A stretch of 64,000 nt of DNA from an uncultured Planctomycetia bacterium (GTDB lineage Bacteria; Omnitrophota; Gorgyraeia; 1-14-0-20-64-10): the NCBI GenBank assembly GCA_964597545.1, contig CAZQXN010000009.1:16-64015 (forward strand), read 5' to 3'. A program made the position numbers and the translations under genes. Position 1 is the first letter of the stretch, and every line of letters starts with the position of its first letter. Under the pieces are notes generated by a model that saw only the letters and a program-made list of their open reading frames with translations, made no database searches and was not told the origin of the DNA. Below, piece after piece: positions 36,250-46,115 of this stretch.

Positions 36250-38411
36250 CGCACTCTGACTTCACAGACAACATTCGATTGCCAAACCTCACCACCAAAA
36301 AACCCGACTGGCGCTCCATCCAGCTTGATGGAAGGCGGGCTGTCGCAATCTCAAGACTGCTCGGCTTCTTGCCGGAACGGCACCGCTACGCCATGCTGCA
36401 TTCCGGCAGGGCAATGATCATTGTCCCGCAGGCCACCCTTCTTCAGCCTGCCCCGGAGGAAGAAATCAAGGCTTTTCGCCAACAGGTGCTGCAAGCCCTC
36501 CATGGAGCTCAAGCGGATCGGGACGAAGCGGTGAGGAGATTGCTTCACACCTATCAGAATCCCCTGTGGGGAGCAGAGGGCATTGATGTGCGCGTTCCGA
36601 GCACCGCATCGGGCCTCTACCTCTTTTATCTGGGGGCGGCCATGGGCGTACCCAAGAGTGTGATGATCAATTTCTCACGTACCCGAAGGAATCAGGTGAT
36701 GCGCCTGATCCCCTGCGTCCTGGACGGGGAGTTGTATTTGGAGGCGTACCAGCACGCCCCTTTTCAATTTGACCGGAGAGTGAAGTGGAATAAAAAATCG
36801 CTGTCTTTCAGGGGTGTCAGCGGACCGATTCAGACTTACAGCCGTTTTGGCCAGTCTGCCGATATCCTTCGAGCTCTGGATGGAATTGATCCGGATTTGG
36901 ATTATGAGCCCGACTTTGAACGACTCCAACAACTGACGGGCATTTCTCGTGAGGTCCTGGATGAACTGGGCAGCCGGGGCTATCTGTATCGGAATCGATC
37001 CGGAAAGATCCCAGGCGATTTGGTGCGGCTTCTGGAAGGCGAATCCAAGAAATACAAGCAGAAGTGGTATACCGCCGGCATCTTTACTCGTGGCCTGGAC
37101 CAATCAACAAGGGACGTTGACGGTCTTCAGCACCGGGCTCGCTTCGGCGTCCTGGAGGAGCCAGGCAGTTCCAGGCGGTACAGCCGAAACTCTGTCTTGG
37201 AGATCATCTTGACCAAGAAACTTGAGGAATGGATCAAGAAGGAGGTGGGGGGTTTTGTTTCAAGGGAGAAGGTTTTGTCCGATGACAAGGTGGGCATCAA
37301 CGCCAGGCGCTTAAGGCGCTGGCTCAAGCAGAGTAGATCACCCTTCCTAAAGAAAGCTGGAGTTCCTGTGTGGGTCACTTTGGATGAGAGGCACTACCTG
37401 ACCGGCAAGGGTATTGAGGCCGAGAAACGGGCCTTGGCGAGAATCCCTGCAACCCATACTATTCTTGCCGATGCCATGAGGCGAGCGTACACATTTGATG
37501 ATGATCTGCACTTTGCCGACTTTTACTTAGAGGTTTTTCGGGCTGCGCAGGAGCTCGGCAAGGAGTGGAAGTTCTGGGAACACCTCTTTGCTCCGATACT
37601 GACCCTGGTTGTTGTGAAAAAAAGAGATCTAACAGCCATCTTCAAGGAGGCGGAGCATCCTACAGCTTGGAGCGTTTCTCAGATCAAGCCGGACCGCTAT
37701 TACGGCAATGGCACCGTTGTACGCTTGAGCGGTTATAAGCCCAATACAGTGTCGAACCACTTTTCGAATAACAAGATAGCAAGCGTGGTAGCTCTCGGGC
37801 GGCACTGGGCTCCGGGCCCTGAGGTTATCCGCCTTGCCAGAGCGCGTGAAGCATCTGCCGGTTTAGAGGAGCTGTCGCCAGAAATTGTAGAGATTTTGAG
37901 GGAGCAGCCGGGGGCTGCGGTTACCTGGGCTGTTATTGAGCCGGCCGGCTTGGAGGATCTGCCAAGTACGGTAGCCATACAAAGAATTCCGGCTGACACG
38001 GGAGAGGCTCCAGATATACCTAGGCAACCCCTTGTGATGGTGCAGAAGGGGCTCCTGCCGGAGGAGGTGCTGCGGCAAATGGATCAGGGGGGCTGGGCTG
38101 TTCGGTTGCTTCCGGAGAAGCCAGGTGGAGATGGGCTTGAGCATGCCGTGGCAGTTGGCTTAGAGGAACAGGAAGGGCCTCTTTTGGTGATCGTGGAGGC
38201 CTCCCTTCAAGATGCGGTGAGAAGGCTGACGGCCTATGACAGGGTAACGGCTGTGGTGCTGGAACAGGGTATGGCACAGCTGCTTGCGCCGGGAAATCTA
38301 ATCTTATTCCTCAAGCACACCTTGGCCCATCTTCCGGGGCGCTTCCTCGATTTACAGATCTTTTTAGCGGCCGGCCAAGAAGAGCTTTTTGCAGTGGCAG
38401 ACCAGCTGTAA
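36207..38411 (+). CDS. 734-aa paralog of the C-terminal half of the giant-protein module; function unknown
   Basis: Shares colinear blocks with the modules, for example FRAAQELGKEWKFWEHLFAPILTLVVVKKRDLTAIFKEAEHPTAW versus FRAAKELGIPLEVLEHPLAPVQTRYIVPQGRLEEIFHEVDHPMAW, plus the SAGLEE junction motif and HTH-like segments. The start is either the TTG at 36207 (overlapping the giant ORF by 43 nt) or the ATG at 36393. Confidence 0.65.
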   Translation: MCENLDPQGVARALTHSDFTDNIRLPNLTTKKPDWRSIQLDGRRAVAISRLLGFLPERHRYAMLHSGRAMIIVPQATLLQPAPEEEIKAFRQQVLQALHGAQADRDEAVRRLLHTYQNPLWGAEGIDVRVPSTASGLYLFYLGAAMGVPKSVMINFSRTRRNQVMRLIPCVLDGELYLEAYQHAPFQFDRRVKWNKKSLSFRGVSGPIQTYSRFGQSADILRALDGIDPDLDYEPDFERLQQLTGISREVLDELGSRGYLYRNRSGKIPGDLVRLLEGESKKYKQKWYTAGIFTRGLDQSTRDVDGLQHRARFGVLEEPGSSRRYSRNSVLEIILTKKLEEWIKKEVGGFVSREKVLSDDKVGINARRLRRWLKQSRSPFLKKAGVPVWVTLDERHYLTGKGIEAEKRALARIPATHTILADAMRRAYTFDDDLHFADFYLEVFRAAQELGKEWKFWEHLFAPILTLVVVKKRDLTAIFKEAEHPTAWSVSQIKPDRYYGNGTVVRLSGYKPNTVSNHFSNNKIASVVALGRHWAPGPEVIRLARAREASAGLEELSPEIVEILREQPGAAVTWAVIEPAGLEDLPSTVAIQRIPADTGEAPDIPRQPLVMVQKGLLPEEVLRQMDQGGWAVRLLPEKPGGDGLEHAVAVGLEEQEGPLLVIVEASLQDAVRRLTAYDRVTAVVLEQGMAQLLAPGNLILFLKHTLAHLPGRFLDLQIFLAAGQEELFAVADQL

Positions 38412-38415
38412 TGCC

Positions 38416-38445
38416 CGGTATCTGTTGATAAGTGTACCCAGTACC
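38416..38445. repeat. degenerate palindromic element copy D (CCCGGTATCTGTTGATAAGTGTACCCAGTACC)
   Basis: The right arm and spacer (TGTTGATAAGTGTACCCaGTACC) match copy B (TGTTAATAAGTGTACCCGGTACC); the left arm is decayed. Confidence 0.4.
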
Positions 38446-38462
38446 TGGTACTATCCTACGTC

Positions 38463-39086
38463 ATGAATAAAGCCTTACCAGCCATTCGCGCCTTTCTTTT
38501 TGATCTGGGCAATGTACTTTTCCGCTTTGATCACATGCGTGTAGCGCATGCGGTTACTCAAGGCACCCCTGTGGATCCGGCAGCCCTCTTTAAGCTGGTC
38601 TTTGACTCCCCGATCGTGGTGGAGCACGACACCGGCAAGATCACGACTGAACAGTTTTACGAGATTCTCAAAGCTGAGCTCGGGTTAGACATGACGTACG
38701 ATCGATTCCTTGAGGTATGGAACGATATCTTTACCGAGAACCAGCAAATGATTCATTTGGTCGAGCGGCTGAGTAAACGCTATCCCTTGTACCTGATCTC
38801 CAATACCAACCGCCCTCATTTTGAATTTCTTAAAAAGCAGTGTCCGGTTTTGGGGCGGTTTAAGGGTGTCGTCCTCTCCTACGAGGTCGGACACTTAAAG
38901 CCTCACCCAGAGATTTACCGCAAGGCCCTTGAGCTGGCGGGGTTGCTGCCACCCGAGATTCTCTACATTGATGATCGGAAGGATCTGATTGCTGCCGGGG
39001 AAGCCCTGGGTTTTAAGACCCACCGCTTTACCGATTTTGAGACCCTTCAAGGGGAACTCGCTTCCCTGGGAATTGATCCCTTATAA
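38463..39086 (+). CDS. HAD-IA family hydrolase
   Basis: FLFDLGNVL motif I and an (I/V)DDR motif IV. Confidence 0.75.
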   Translation: MNKALPAIRAFLFDLGNVLFRFDHMRVAHAVTQGTPVDPAALFKLVFDSPIVVEHDTGKITTEQFYEILKAELGLDMTYDRFLEVWNDIFTENQQMIHLVERLSKRYPLYLISNTNRPHFEFLKKQCPVLGRFKGVVLSYEVGHLKPHPEIYRKALELAGLLPPEILYIDDRKDLIAAGEALGFKTHRFTDFETLQGELASLGIDPL

Positions 39087-39094
39087 TAAACAAG

Positions 39095-40042
39095 ATGTCT
39101 ACCTCTGATGCTTCCCTTGCTGCTCTGATTAAGCTGTTGGCAGACGACCACACAGAAGTGGTCGAAGCGGCCCGAGCCAAATTGGTTGAGCTGGGTGGGC
39201 GCGCGGTGCCTGTTTTGCAGGAGGCCGCTGACCGCCATACCGATCACAAGGTCCGCATTGAGGCGCGGGGTGTTTTGGAACGTATTCGTCTCGCGAATAT
39301 GCGCGATGAATGGCAGCAGGTCGCCGACGTGGCCGATAAGCGTTTGAATCTGGAGGAGGGCGTCTTCCTCATGGCGCGAGTCTCTTATCCGGATTTGGAT
39401 CCCAAGGTTTATCAGCAGCAGTTGGATGAACTGGCCAAACGGATTCGACCGAAGCTTAAATCCCTCTCCAGTTTCCCCGGCCGACTGCGTGCTGTCAGCC
39501 GCTTCCTCTTTCGAGAACAAGGGTTCAAGGGCGACTGGAACGACTACTTCAACCCCCAGAACAGCTACCTTAACTGTGTGCTGGATCGAAAACTCGGCAT
39601 CCCCATCTCCCTTTCGGTGCTGTATATGCTCTTGGCCTGGCGCCTGAAGATTCCGGTCCAAGGCGTTGGGATTCCCGGTCACTTCATGGTGAAGTACCAG
39701 GATGCCAAAACCGAGCTGTATGTCGATACCTTCAATGAGGGCCGCTTCCTGAGCCGCCCGGAATGCATCCAGTTCATCGTCGAGGCAGGCTACCCGTATC
39801 AGCGGGAGTTTTTGGAGGGGGTCACCCCTCGAGAGATCCTGGGCCGGATGCTCCGCAATCTCATCCTCATCTATGTTGAGCGGCGGGAAGAGATCCTCGG
39901 CCGGACCCTCACGCGATTCTTGGATGTCCTCTACCCCGGAGAGGGGGCTGTGGCCATATCTGAATTGCCGACGTCCGAAGATGAGCCCGAGGCAGAAGAT
40001 CCGCAAGCCGATGATCCAGAGACGGGTGAGCCTGAACCGTGA
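39095..40042 (+). CDS. transglutaminase-like / SirB1-family protein with acidic C-terminal tail
   Basis: The central region NPQNSYLNCVLDRKLGIPISLSVLYMLLAWRLKIPVQGVGIPGHFMVKY resembles the transglutaminase-like core of the SirB1/UPF0162 family. Confidence 0.5.
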   Translation: MSTSDASLAALIKLLADDHTEVVEAARAKLVELGGRAVPVLQEAADRHTDHKVRIEARGVLERIRLANMRDEWQQVADVADKRLNLEEGVFLMARVSYPDLDPKVYQQQLDELAKRIRPKLKSLSSFPGRLRAVSRFLFREQGFKGDWNDYFNPQNSYLNCVLDRKLGIPISLSVLYMLLAWRLKIPVQGVGIPGHFMVKYQDAKTELYVDTFNEGRFLSRPECIQFIVEAGYPYQREFLEGVTPREILGRMLRNLILIYVERREEILGRTLTRFLDVLYPGEGAVAISELPTSEDEPEAEDPQADDPETGEPEP

Positions 40043-40869
40043 AGATCCGCATTGGGCATAGCCCCGATCCGGACGATGCCTTCCTCTTTTATGCCCTAAG
40101 CCAACACAAGCTCTCTACTCCAGAGTTTACCTTTACTCACCTGCTGGAGGGGATAGAGGGGTTAAACCAGCGAGCCCTTCAGGGTGAACTGGAGATGACC
40201 GCCATCTCTCTGCACGCCTATGCCTACTGTGCTGACCGGTATCTGCTGATGTCTGCCGGTGCCAGCATGGGTGAAGGCTATGGGCCGGTCGTGGTGACGC
40301 ATGATTCTTTGTCCCGAAAGGACTTAAACAAAGTGCTGCTGGCCATACCAGGAGAGATGACAACGGCCCGGCTCCTGACGCAGTTGGCAGTGGGCCCCTG
40401 TAGCTTTCAGGTGATGCCCTTTGACCAGATCCTCCCGGCTGTTTTGGCCCAGCGCATTCCGGCGGGCGTGTTAATCCATGAGGGTCAACTGACCTACGCT
40501 GAGCAGGGGCTTAAAAAGGTTCTGGATTTGGGCGCCTGGTGGCAGGAAAGGACGGGATTACCGGTTCCCCTAGGAGTCAACGTCCTGCGGCGCGATTTGG
40601 GCCCTGAGCGGTGTAAGCGCCTCGCCGGCATCTTTCAAGAGAGCTTGAATTATTCTCTCAACCACCGGCAGGAGGCGCTTCAATATGCCCAGCAATTTGC
40701 CCGGGGGTTACAGCCTGCACTCACAGATCGATTTGTCGGGATGTACGTTAATGCTCTAAGCCTCGATTGCAGACCGCGGGGTGCTGAGGCCATGCGGCGG
40801 TTGTTGGATTGGGCAGCCCAGATGCACATTACACCGGGCAAGGTTCCTTTGGAGTTCGTTGGTGGCTGA
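40039..40869 (+). CDS. mqnD: MqnA/MqnD-family protein, probably 1,4-dihydroxy-6-naphthoate synthase (futalosine pathway)
   Basis: N-terminal RIGHSPDPDDAFLFYAL resembles the MqnD SPCPND motif; periplasmic-binding-protein-like fold family. Confidence 0.55.
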   Translation: MKIRIGHSPDPDDAFLFYALSQHKLSTPEFTFTHLLEGIEGLNQRALQGELEMTAISLHAYAYCADRYLLMSAGASMGEGYGPVVVTHDSLSRKDLNKVLLAIPGEMTTARLLTQLAVGPCSFQVMPFDQILPAVLAQRIPAGVLIHEGQLTYAEQGLKKVLDLGAWWQERTGLPVPLGVNVLRRDLGPERCKRLAGIFQESLNYSLNHRQEALQYAQQFARGLQPALTDRFVGMYVNALSLDCRPRGAEAMRRLLDWAAQMHITPGKVPLEFVGG

Positions 40870-41680
40870 CCCGCGGGCCTTAGCGGTTGCAGTCAAGGCT
40901 GCTCAGGCAGCCGGCCGAGTCCTCATGAAGCATCTGGGTAAACTCAAATCCTCTCAGGTCAGGCGAAAGGGGGGTTCTGACTGGGTCACGGCTGTGGATC
41001 ATGCCTCTGAGGAGGCGATCATCAAGATCATCCGCAGGGCCTTTCCGGATCATGCGATTGTGGCCGAGGAGTCCTCCCCTGGGGGGAGCCGGCGTCCCAC
41101 CCAATGGTTGATCGATCCGCTTGACGGGACAGTGAACTATCTGCACAGCTTCCCGGTCTTTGCGGTCTCGGTGGCTCTGGTAGAGCGCGGGCAACTTGCG
41201 GTTGGGGTCATTTTCGATCCGCTGCGCAAGGAGCTCTTCACCGCCCAGCGCGGCAAGGGGGCCTGGCTCAACGGTAAGTGCATCCGCGTCTCTTCGATGC
41301 GGCGCTTTGAGGATGCGCTTTTGTGCACCGGTTTTCCGTTTAGAAGGCGCAAGCAGTTTGACCTGTATTTGGAGTCCTTTCGGAAGATTCTGCATCGAAC
41401 AGGATGGGTCCGTCGGCCCGGGTCAGCGGCCATTGATCTGGCCTATGCCGCCTGCGGTCGAGCCGACGGTTTCTGGGAGATGGGGCTCAACCCCTGGGAT
41501 GTGGCGGCAGGGGTGCTGCTGATCCAGGAGGCCGGGGGGCGGGTGACTGATTTCTTTGGGGGCAAGGATTACTTGTGGGGCGGATCGATTGTGGCGGGTA
41601 ATGCCACCTTACACCGGAAGCTGTTACGGGTGCTGGCCCCCATCTTCCGAGGACAACGATTGCGCTCGTCATCAGACTGA
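40858..41680 (+). CDS. suhB: inositol monophosphatase family protein
   Basis: IMPase motifs (AEES, WLIDPLDGT, WDVAAG). The start is approximate (GTG/TTG just after the mqnD stop). Confidence 0.8.
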
Positions 41681-41742
41681 AGCGTGATATCATGAAAACC
41701 AACTTGTCAGCACAGCACGGATTGCGCGTCAGGAGGTCAAAA

Positions 41743-42210
41743 ATGTTTTGGTTCTGGTTCTTCGGGTTTCTGCTCATCCCATCGGTCGCGTATGCTCACT
41801 GCGATATCCCCTGTGGGCTGTACAGCCCGGAGGCGCTACTTATGGCTGCCAAGACAGTCTGGACCATGGTGACGAAGATCAAGGCGCTTAAACACCCGGG
41901 AGCCGGCGCACCTCAAGGGGAGGTGGATGACTTTGAGAATGCGGTCAGCCGCATGGTGGCCGTCAAAGAGGAGCATGCCCAGATCGCAAAAAAGGAACTT
42001 CTCATCCTCTGGACAGATTACTTCAAGCCGGAGCACCTCAAGCGCTTTCCCAAGCTGCATGAAATCTTCTGGAATGCGGCAAAGCTCTGCTCCAAGAACA
42101 AGCAGAACATTGACGTCAAGGCGGCCGAAGATCTGCGCAAGGCAGCGGATGAAATCGCCGGTATCTTTAACCAGGCCGAGGAGGCCAAGAAGGCAGCTGC
42201 CGCAGCCTAG
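41743..42210 (+). CDS. sodN: nickel superoxide dismutase precursor
   Basis: Ni-hook HCDIPCGLYSP plus conserved WTDYFKP; strong AGGAGG Shine-Dalgarno 6 nt before the 41743 ATG. The longer ORF begins at 41692. Confidence 0.85.
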   Translation: MFWFWFFGFLLIPSVAYAHCDIPCGLYSPEALLMAAKTVWTMVTKIKALKHPGAGAPQGEVDDFENAVSRMVAVKEEHAQIAKKELLILWTDYFKPEHLKRFPKLHEIFWNAAKLCSKNKQNIDVKAAEDLRKAADEIAGIFNQAEEAKKAAAAA

Positions 42211-42234
42211 CGGCGACTTACCCGGACATCGATT

Positions 42235-43173
42235 GTGGGAACACAAGAAAACGTTATTATCTTAGGATCCGGCTGCGCCGGCTTGACCGCGGCGGTCTAT
42301 GCGGCGCGTGCCGATCTAAAACCCTTGCTGGTGGAGGGCGCTCAGCCCGGCGGGCAGCTGACACTGACCACCGAGGTGGAGAATTACCCTGGTTTTCCTG
42401 AGGGGGTTGGGGGCCAGGAGCTGACCGAGCGAATGAAGAAACAGGCTGAGCGTTTTGGGACGCGGTTTCTCTCCGGCGCGGCCTCCAAGGTGGACGTGAC
42501 GCGCCCCCCCTTTACCGTTGAGGTGGAGGGGGAGGCCTTCCAGTGCAAAACCTTAATTGTTGCCACCGGCGCGACGGCCCGATGGCTGGACCTGGATTCT
42601 GAGCGGGCGCTATTGGGCCATGGAGTTTCGGCCTGTGCGACCTGTGACGGTTTTTTCTTTCGCGGTAAAGAGGTTTTGGTGGTCGGCGGTGGCGATACCG
42701 CCATGGAGGAAGCCCTCTTTCTAACCAAGTTTGCCAGCAAGGTAACGGTAGCCCACCGACGGGATGCGCTTCGCGCCTCCAAGATTATGCAAGAGCGTGC
42801 CAAGGCCAACCCCAAGATTCATTGGGCTTGGAATTCGGTGGTAACCGAGGTCCGGGATCCCAAGCAGAAGAAGGTGACGGGGGTCACCCTTAAGGATGTC
42901 AAGACCGGGCAAACCCGTCCCTTTGCTTGCGAAGGGGTCTTCGTGGCCATTGGGCATGAGCCCAACACACAGCTACTCAAAGAGCAGGTGGAGTTGGATG
43001 AGAAGGGTTACTTGGTGCTTAAGCGTGGCACCCAAACATCGGTCCCAGGTATTTTCGGCTGTGGCGATGTGCATGATCTTGGATACAAGCAGGCGGTCAC
43101 TGCCGCAGGATGGGGGTGTATGGCAGCCATAGATTGTGTGCGTTTCTTAGAGGTACAAGAGAGCGGGGGTTAA
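42235..43173 (+). CDS. trxB: thioredoxin-disulfide reductase
   Basis: GSGCAG FAD motif, redox-active CATC, and a second GGGDTA NADPH motif. Confidence 0.9.
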   Translation: MGTQENVIILGSGCAGLTAAVYAARADLKPLLVEGAQPGGQLTLTTEVENYPGFPEGVGGQELTERMKKQAERFGTRFLSGAASKVDVTRPPFTVEVEGEAFQCKTLIVATGATARWLDLDSERALLGHGVSACATCDGFFFRGKEVLVVGGGDTAMEEALFLTKFASKVTVAHRRDALRASKIMQERAKANPKIHWAWNSVVTEVRDPKQKKVTGVTLKDVKTGQTRPFACEGVFVAIGHEPNTQLLKEQVELDEKGYLVLKRGTQTSVPGIFGCGDVHDLGYKQAVTAAGWGCMAAIDCVRFLEVQESGG

Positions 43174-43182
43174 GCGCAAGCC

Positions 43183-43953
43183 ATGTCGATTCGAGACGAT
43201 CTTTTTGACCTGACAGATAAGGTAGCGTTGGTGACCGGTGCTTCCCGGGGATTGGGCCAGGCCATGGCATTGGCGTTGGCGCAGAATGGGTGCCATGTGG
43301 CGATTAATGCGCGGGAAGGGAAGTCCCTGGGTAAGACGGCGCAGCAGATCGAAGCCCTTGGACGACGAGTCCTGGTGGTGGCCGGGGATGTCAGCGATGA
43401 AGACTTCACCAAGAAGATGGTTGACGAAGCTGCCAAGGTTTTTGGCCGCATCGACATCTTGGTCAACAATGCAGGGATTTGGGAAGGGACCTATTTCTTT
43501 CGCTTAAAGAAGAGCGATTGGGACAATGTGATTCGCGTCAACATGACCGGAGCCTTCTTGGTGGCCAAGGCGGTTTCACGCGTCATGATGAAGCAGCGCT
43601 CCGGTAAGATCATCAATGTGAGTTCCGTTTCGGGATTTCGCGGTTCTCCCGAAGCTCTGGCCTATTGCGCAACCAAAGGTGCCTTGATCCAGATGACCCG
43701 GGTCATGGCCATTGAGATGGGACCGGTCAACGTGCAGGTCAATGCCGTTGCTCCCGGGATGTTTGATACCGACATGACCAAGGAGTACATCGAGGACAAG
43801 GCGGCCATTGAGCCCTACCTCGCGCGCGTCCCTTCCAAGCGTTATGGCCAACCTAAGGAGTTGGCGGGATTGGTGATCTTCTTGGCCTCCAAGGCATCTG
43901 ACCATATGACCGGGCAGATCATTGCCTTAGATGGGGGGGCGTCTCTTGTTTGA
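43183..43953 (+). CDS. SDR-family oxidoreductase
   Basis: TGASRGLG Rossmann motif and a YxxxK catalytic dyad (YCATK). Confidence 0.8.
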   Translation: MSIRDDLFDLTDKVALVTGASRGLGQAMALALAQNGCHVAINAREGKSLGKTAQQIEALGRRVLVVAGDVSDEDFTKKMVDEAAKVFGRIDILVNNAGIWEGTYFFRLKKSDWDNVIRVNMTGAFLVAKAVSRVMMKQRSGKIINVSSVSGFRGSPEALAYCATKGALIQMTRVMAIEMGPVNVQVNAVAPGMFDTDMTKEYIEDKAAIEPYLARVPSKRYGQPKELAGLVIFLASKASDHMTGQIIALDGGASLV

Positions 43954-44005
43954 TCAATTCACATCGGGCCTGAGGACCCGGGTGGGGAAAAGCTAAGGAG
44001 GAGTC

Positions 44006-44521
44006 ATGGCAGTCGGCAAGAAGGTGTTGATGGTCATTGCATCCAGTCAGTTTCGGGATGAAGAGTACCAGAAACCCCGCACCCTCCTAGAGGCGGCAGG
44101 GGTTGAAGTCACTGTTGCCTCTTCCAGTTTGAGCGAGTCGGTTGGGATGTTGGGTCTCAAGGTAACCCCCGATGTCCTGCTCCAGGATGTCAAGATGGAG
44201 GCGTACGATGCCCTGTTGTTGGTTGGGGGCATGGGTTCTACTGAATATTGGGAGAGCGCCGAAGCGCATGCCTTGGCTCGTTCCGCCTTTGGAGCCAACA
44301 AACCCACGGCAGCGATCTGTTTGGCCCCTATGACATTGGCCAATGCCGGACTCTTGAAGGGCAAGAAGGCCACGATTTGGCAGGATGCAGCAGGCGAGTT
44401 CAAGGCCAAGGGAGTCCATTACACCAGTCAGGATGTGGTTCGGGATGGCCTGGTTATTACCGGATCCGGACCTGATGCGGCCGAAGCATTCGGACGGGCT
44501 TTGGTTGAAGCCCTCTCATAG
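44006..44521 (+). CDS. DJ-1/PfpI family protein
   Basis: AAICLAPM nucleophile-elbow region; second DJ-1 paralog in the window; AAGGAGG Shine-Dalgarno. Confidence 0.75.
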   Translation: MAVGKKVLMVIASSQFRDEEYQKPRTLLEAAGVEVTVASSSLSESVGMLGLKVTPDVLLQDVKMEAYDALLLVGGMGSTEYWESAEAHALARSAFGANKPTAAICLAPMTLANAGLLKGKKATIWQDAAGEFKAKGVHYTSQDVVRDGLVITGSGPDAAEAFGRALVEALS

Positions 44522-44530
44522 GGGCGGTCG

Positions 44531-46102
44531 GTGATGCGGATGCTCAAGCGTTGGGCTGCTGCTTGCTGCTTAAGTCTTGCGGCGGTTGCCGCAGCCGCAG
44601 GATCGGTCGAGTGGAGCGCTTTGGATGATCGTGTTGTCCAGCATTATCAGGCTGGCCGCTATGCCGAGGCAGCCCAGCTTGCGGAAAAGACCCTTGTCAT
44701 TTCCGAAAAAGCTTTTGGCTCAGACCATCCCAACGTAGCCGTTTCCCTCAACCGACTGGCCTCTGTGTATCGGGCGCAGGGAAGGTACAAGAGCGCCCTG
44801 CCTCTTTTTGAGAGGAGCTTGAGTATCTACCGCGCTCGCTTTGGCGATCCCCATCCGCACGTTGCCGCAACCCTCAACCACTTGGCCTCGCTCTACCGCG
44901 CTCAAGGCAGCTATGTCCAAGCCGAGGCTTTTTCTCAACAGGCTGTTGAGCAGTACGAGACCCTCTTTGGCAAGGAGCATCCTGAGATTGCCTCCTCCTT
45001 GAACAACCTGGCCGAGCTGTATCGGATGCAGGGTCACTATGACAAGGCAGAACCTCTCTACGAGCGTTCCCGCGTTATGGTTGAAGCCCTTTACCCATCG
45101 GCGCATCCCCATGTTACGACTGCCCTCAACAACCTGGCCGAGTTGTATCGATCCCAGGGCCGGTATCCAGAAGCCGAGAAGTTTCTCCGGGAAGCGCAGA
45201 AGAGGGTCCAGGCCGGCTTAGGAGAGAAACATCCTGTGCTGGCGACCGTTTTAAACAACTTAGGGTTGCTGCGTAAAGCGCAGGGCCGCACCGAGGAATC
45301 AGAACGTCTTTACCGGCAAGCTCTCGAAATTGCCGAAAAAAACCTTGGCGCCGAACACCCTCAATTGGCCAACTACCTGAATAACCTGGGCGAGCTGTAT
45401 CGATCTGAAGCCCGCTATGCCGAAGCCAAAAAGAGCCATCAGCGCTCCCTGGCCATCCGGGAAAAAACTTATGGTAAGGATTACCTCCCGGTGGCCACGG
45501 CACTGCATAACTTAGCCGAGCTTGCCCGAGTGCAGGGTCAGCACAAGCAGGCTAAGGCATTGTTCAGCCGGGCCCTGAAGATTCGGGAGAAGGGTTTAGG
45601 GTCAGATCATCCCGACATTGCTTTCACCCTCAATGGTTTGGCCAGTGTTCATTACGCCATGGGGCAATATGACCGTTCTGAAGTGCTCTATGAGCGCGCT
45701 TTGTCTATCTTAGAGCAGCGCTTGGGTGCGGCCCATCCCGAGATTGCCACTTCGCTCAATAACCTCGCCGGACTCCATCAAACGCGGGCCAGGTACAAGG
45801 AAGCAGAACAGCTCTACCGCCGGGCCATTGAGATTCTCCGGCATGCTTCCGGGACAGAGGCTTCACTCCTGGCCACCTCCCTGAATAACCTCGCTATCCT
45901 TTACCGTATTCAGGGGCGCTTTGCAAAGGCAGAGCCCCTTTACCGGCAGGCCATTGATTTGTTGGAGAAGGCGTTAGGGCCCAAGCACCCGGATGTGGCA
46001 GCAGTGCTGGAGAATTACGCTGTTTTCTTGGATGAGATGGCTCGACCGATCGAAGCGCAGAAGATGCGCGAGCGGGCACGCGGGGTCCAGCCAGCTTCTT
46101 GA
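44531..46102 (+). CDS. tetratricopeptide-repeat protein (about ten TPR_12-like repeats) with a signal peptide
   Basis: Iterated NNLAELYRxQGRYxEAE pattern; N-terminal MMRMLKRWAAACCLSLAAVAAAAG signal-like segment. Confidence 0.85.
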   Translation: MMRMLKRWAAACCLSLAAVAAAAGSVEWSALDDRVVQHYQAGRYAEAAQLAEKTLVISEKAFGSDHPNVAVSLNRLASVYRAQGRYKSALPLFERSLSIYRARFGDPHPHVAATLNHLASLYRAQGSYVQAEAFSQQAVEQYETLFGKEHPEIASSLNNLAELYRMQGHYDKAEPLYERSRVMVEALYPSAHPHVTTALNNLAELYRSQGRYPEAEKFLREAQKRVQAGLGEKHPVLATVLNNLGLLRKAQGRTEESERLYRQALEIAEKNLGAEHPQLANYLNNLGELYRSEARYAEAKKSHQRSLAIREKTYGKDYLPVATALHNLAELARVQGQHKQAKALFSRALKIREKGLGSDHPDIAFTLNGLASVHYAMGQYDRSEVLYERALSILEQRLGAAHPEIATSLNNLAGLHQTRARYKEAEQLYRRAIEILRHASGTEASLLATSLNNLAILYRIQGRFAKAEPLYRQAIDLLEKALGPKHPDVAAVLENYAVFLDEMARPIEAQKMRERARGVQPAS

Positions 46103-46115
46103 AAAGGGTGGTGTT

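Noticed and set aside
41692-41742. Longer Ni-SOD start at 41692 (MKTNLSAQHGLRVRRSK...)
   Set aside because: Not rejected outright, but less favoured. There is no Shine-Dalgarno sequence before 41692, whereas a strong AGGAGG precedes the 41743 ATG. Both starts are listed in the finding.
43960-43985. Possible terminator hairpin after the SDR gene (CGGGCCTGAGGACCCGG)
   Set aside because: It has only a 4-bp stem and no U-tract.
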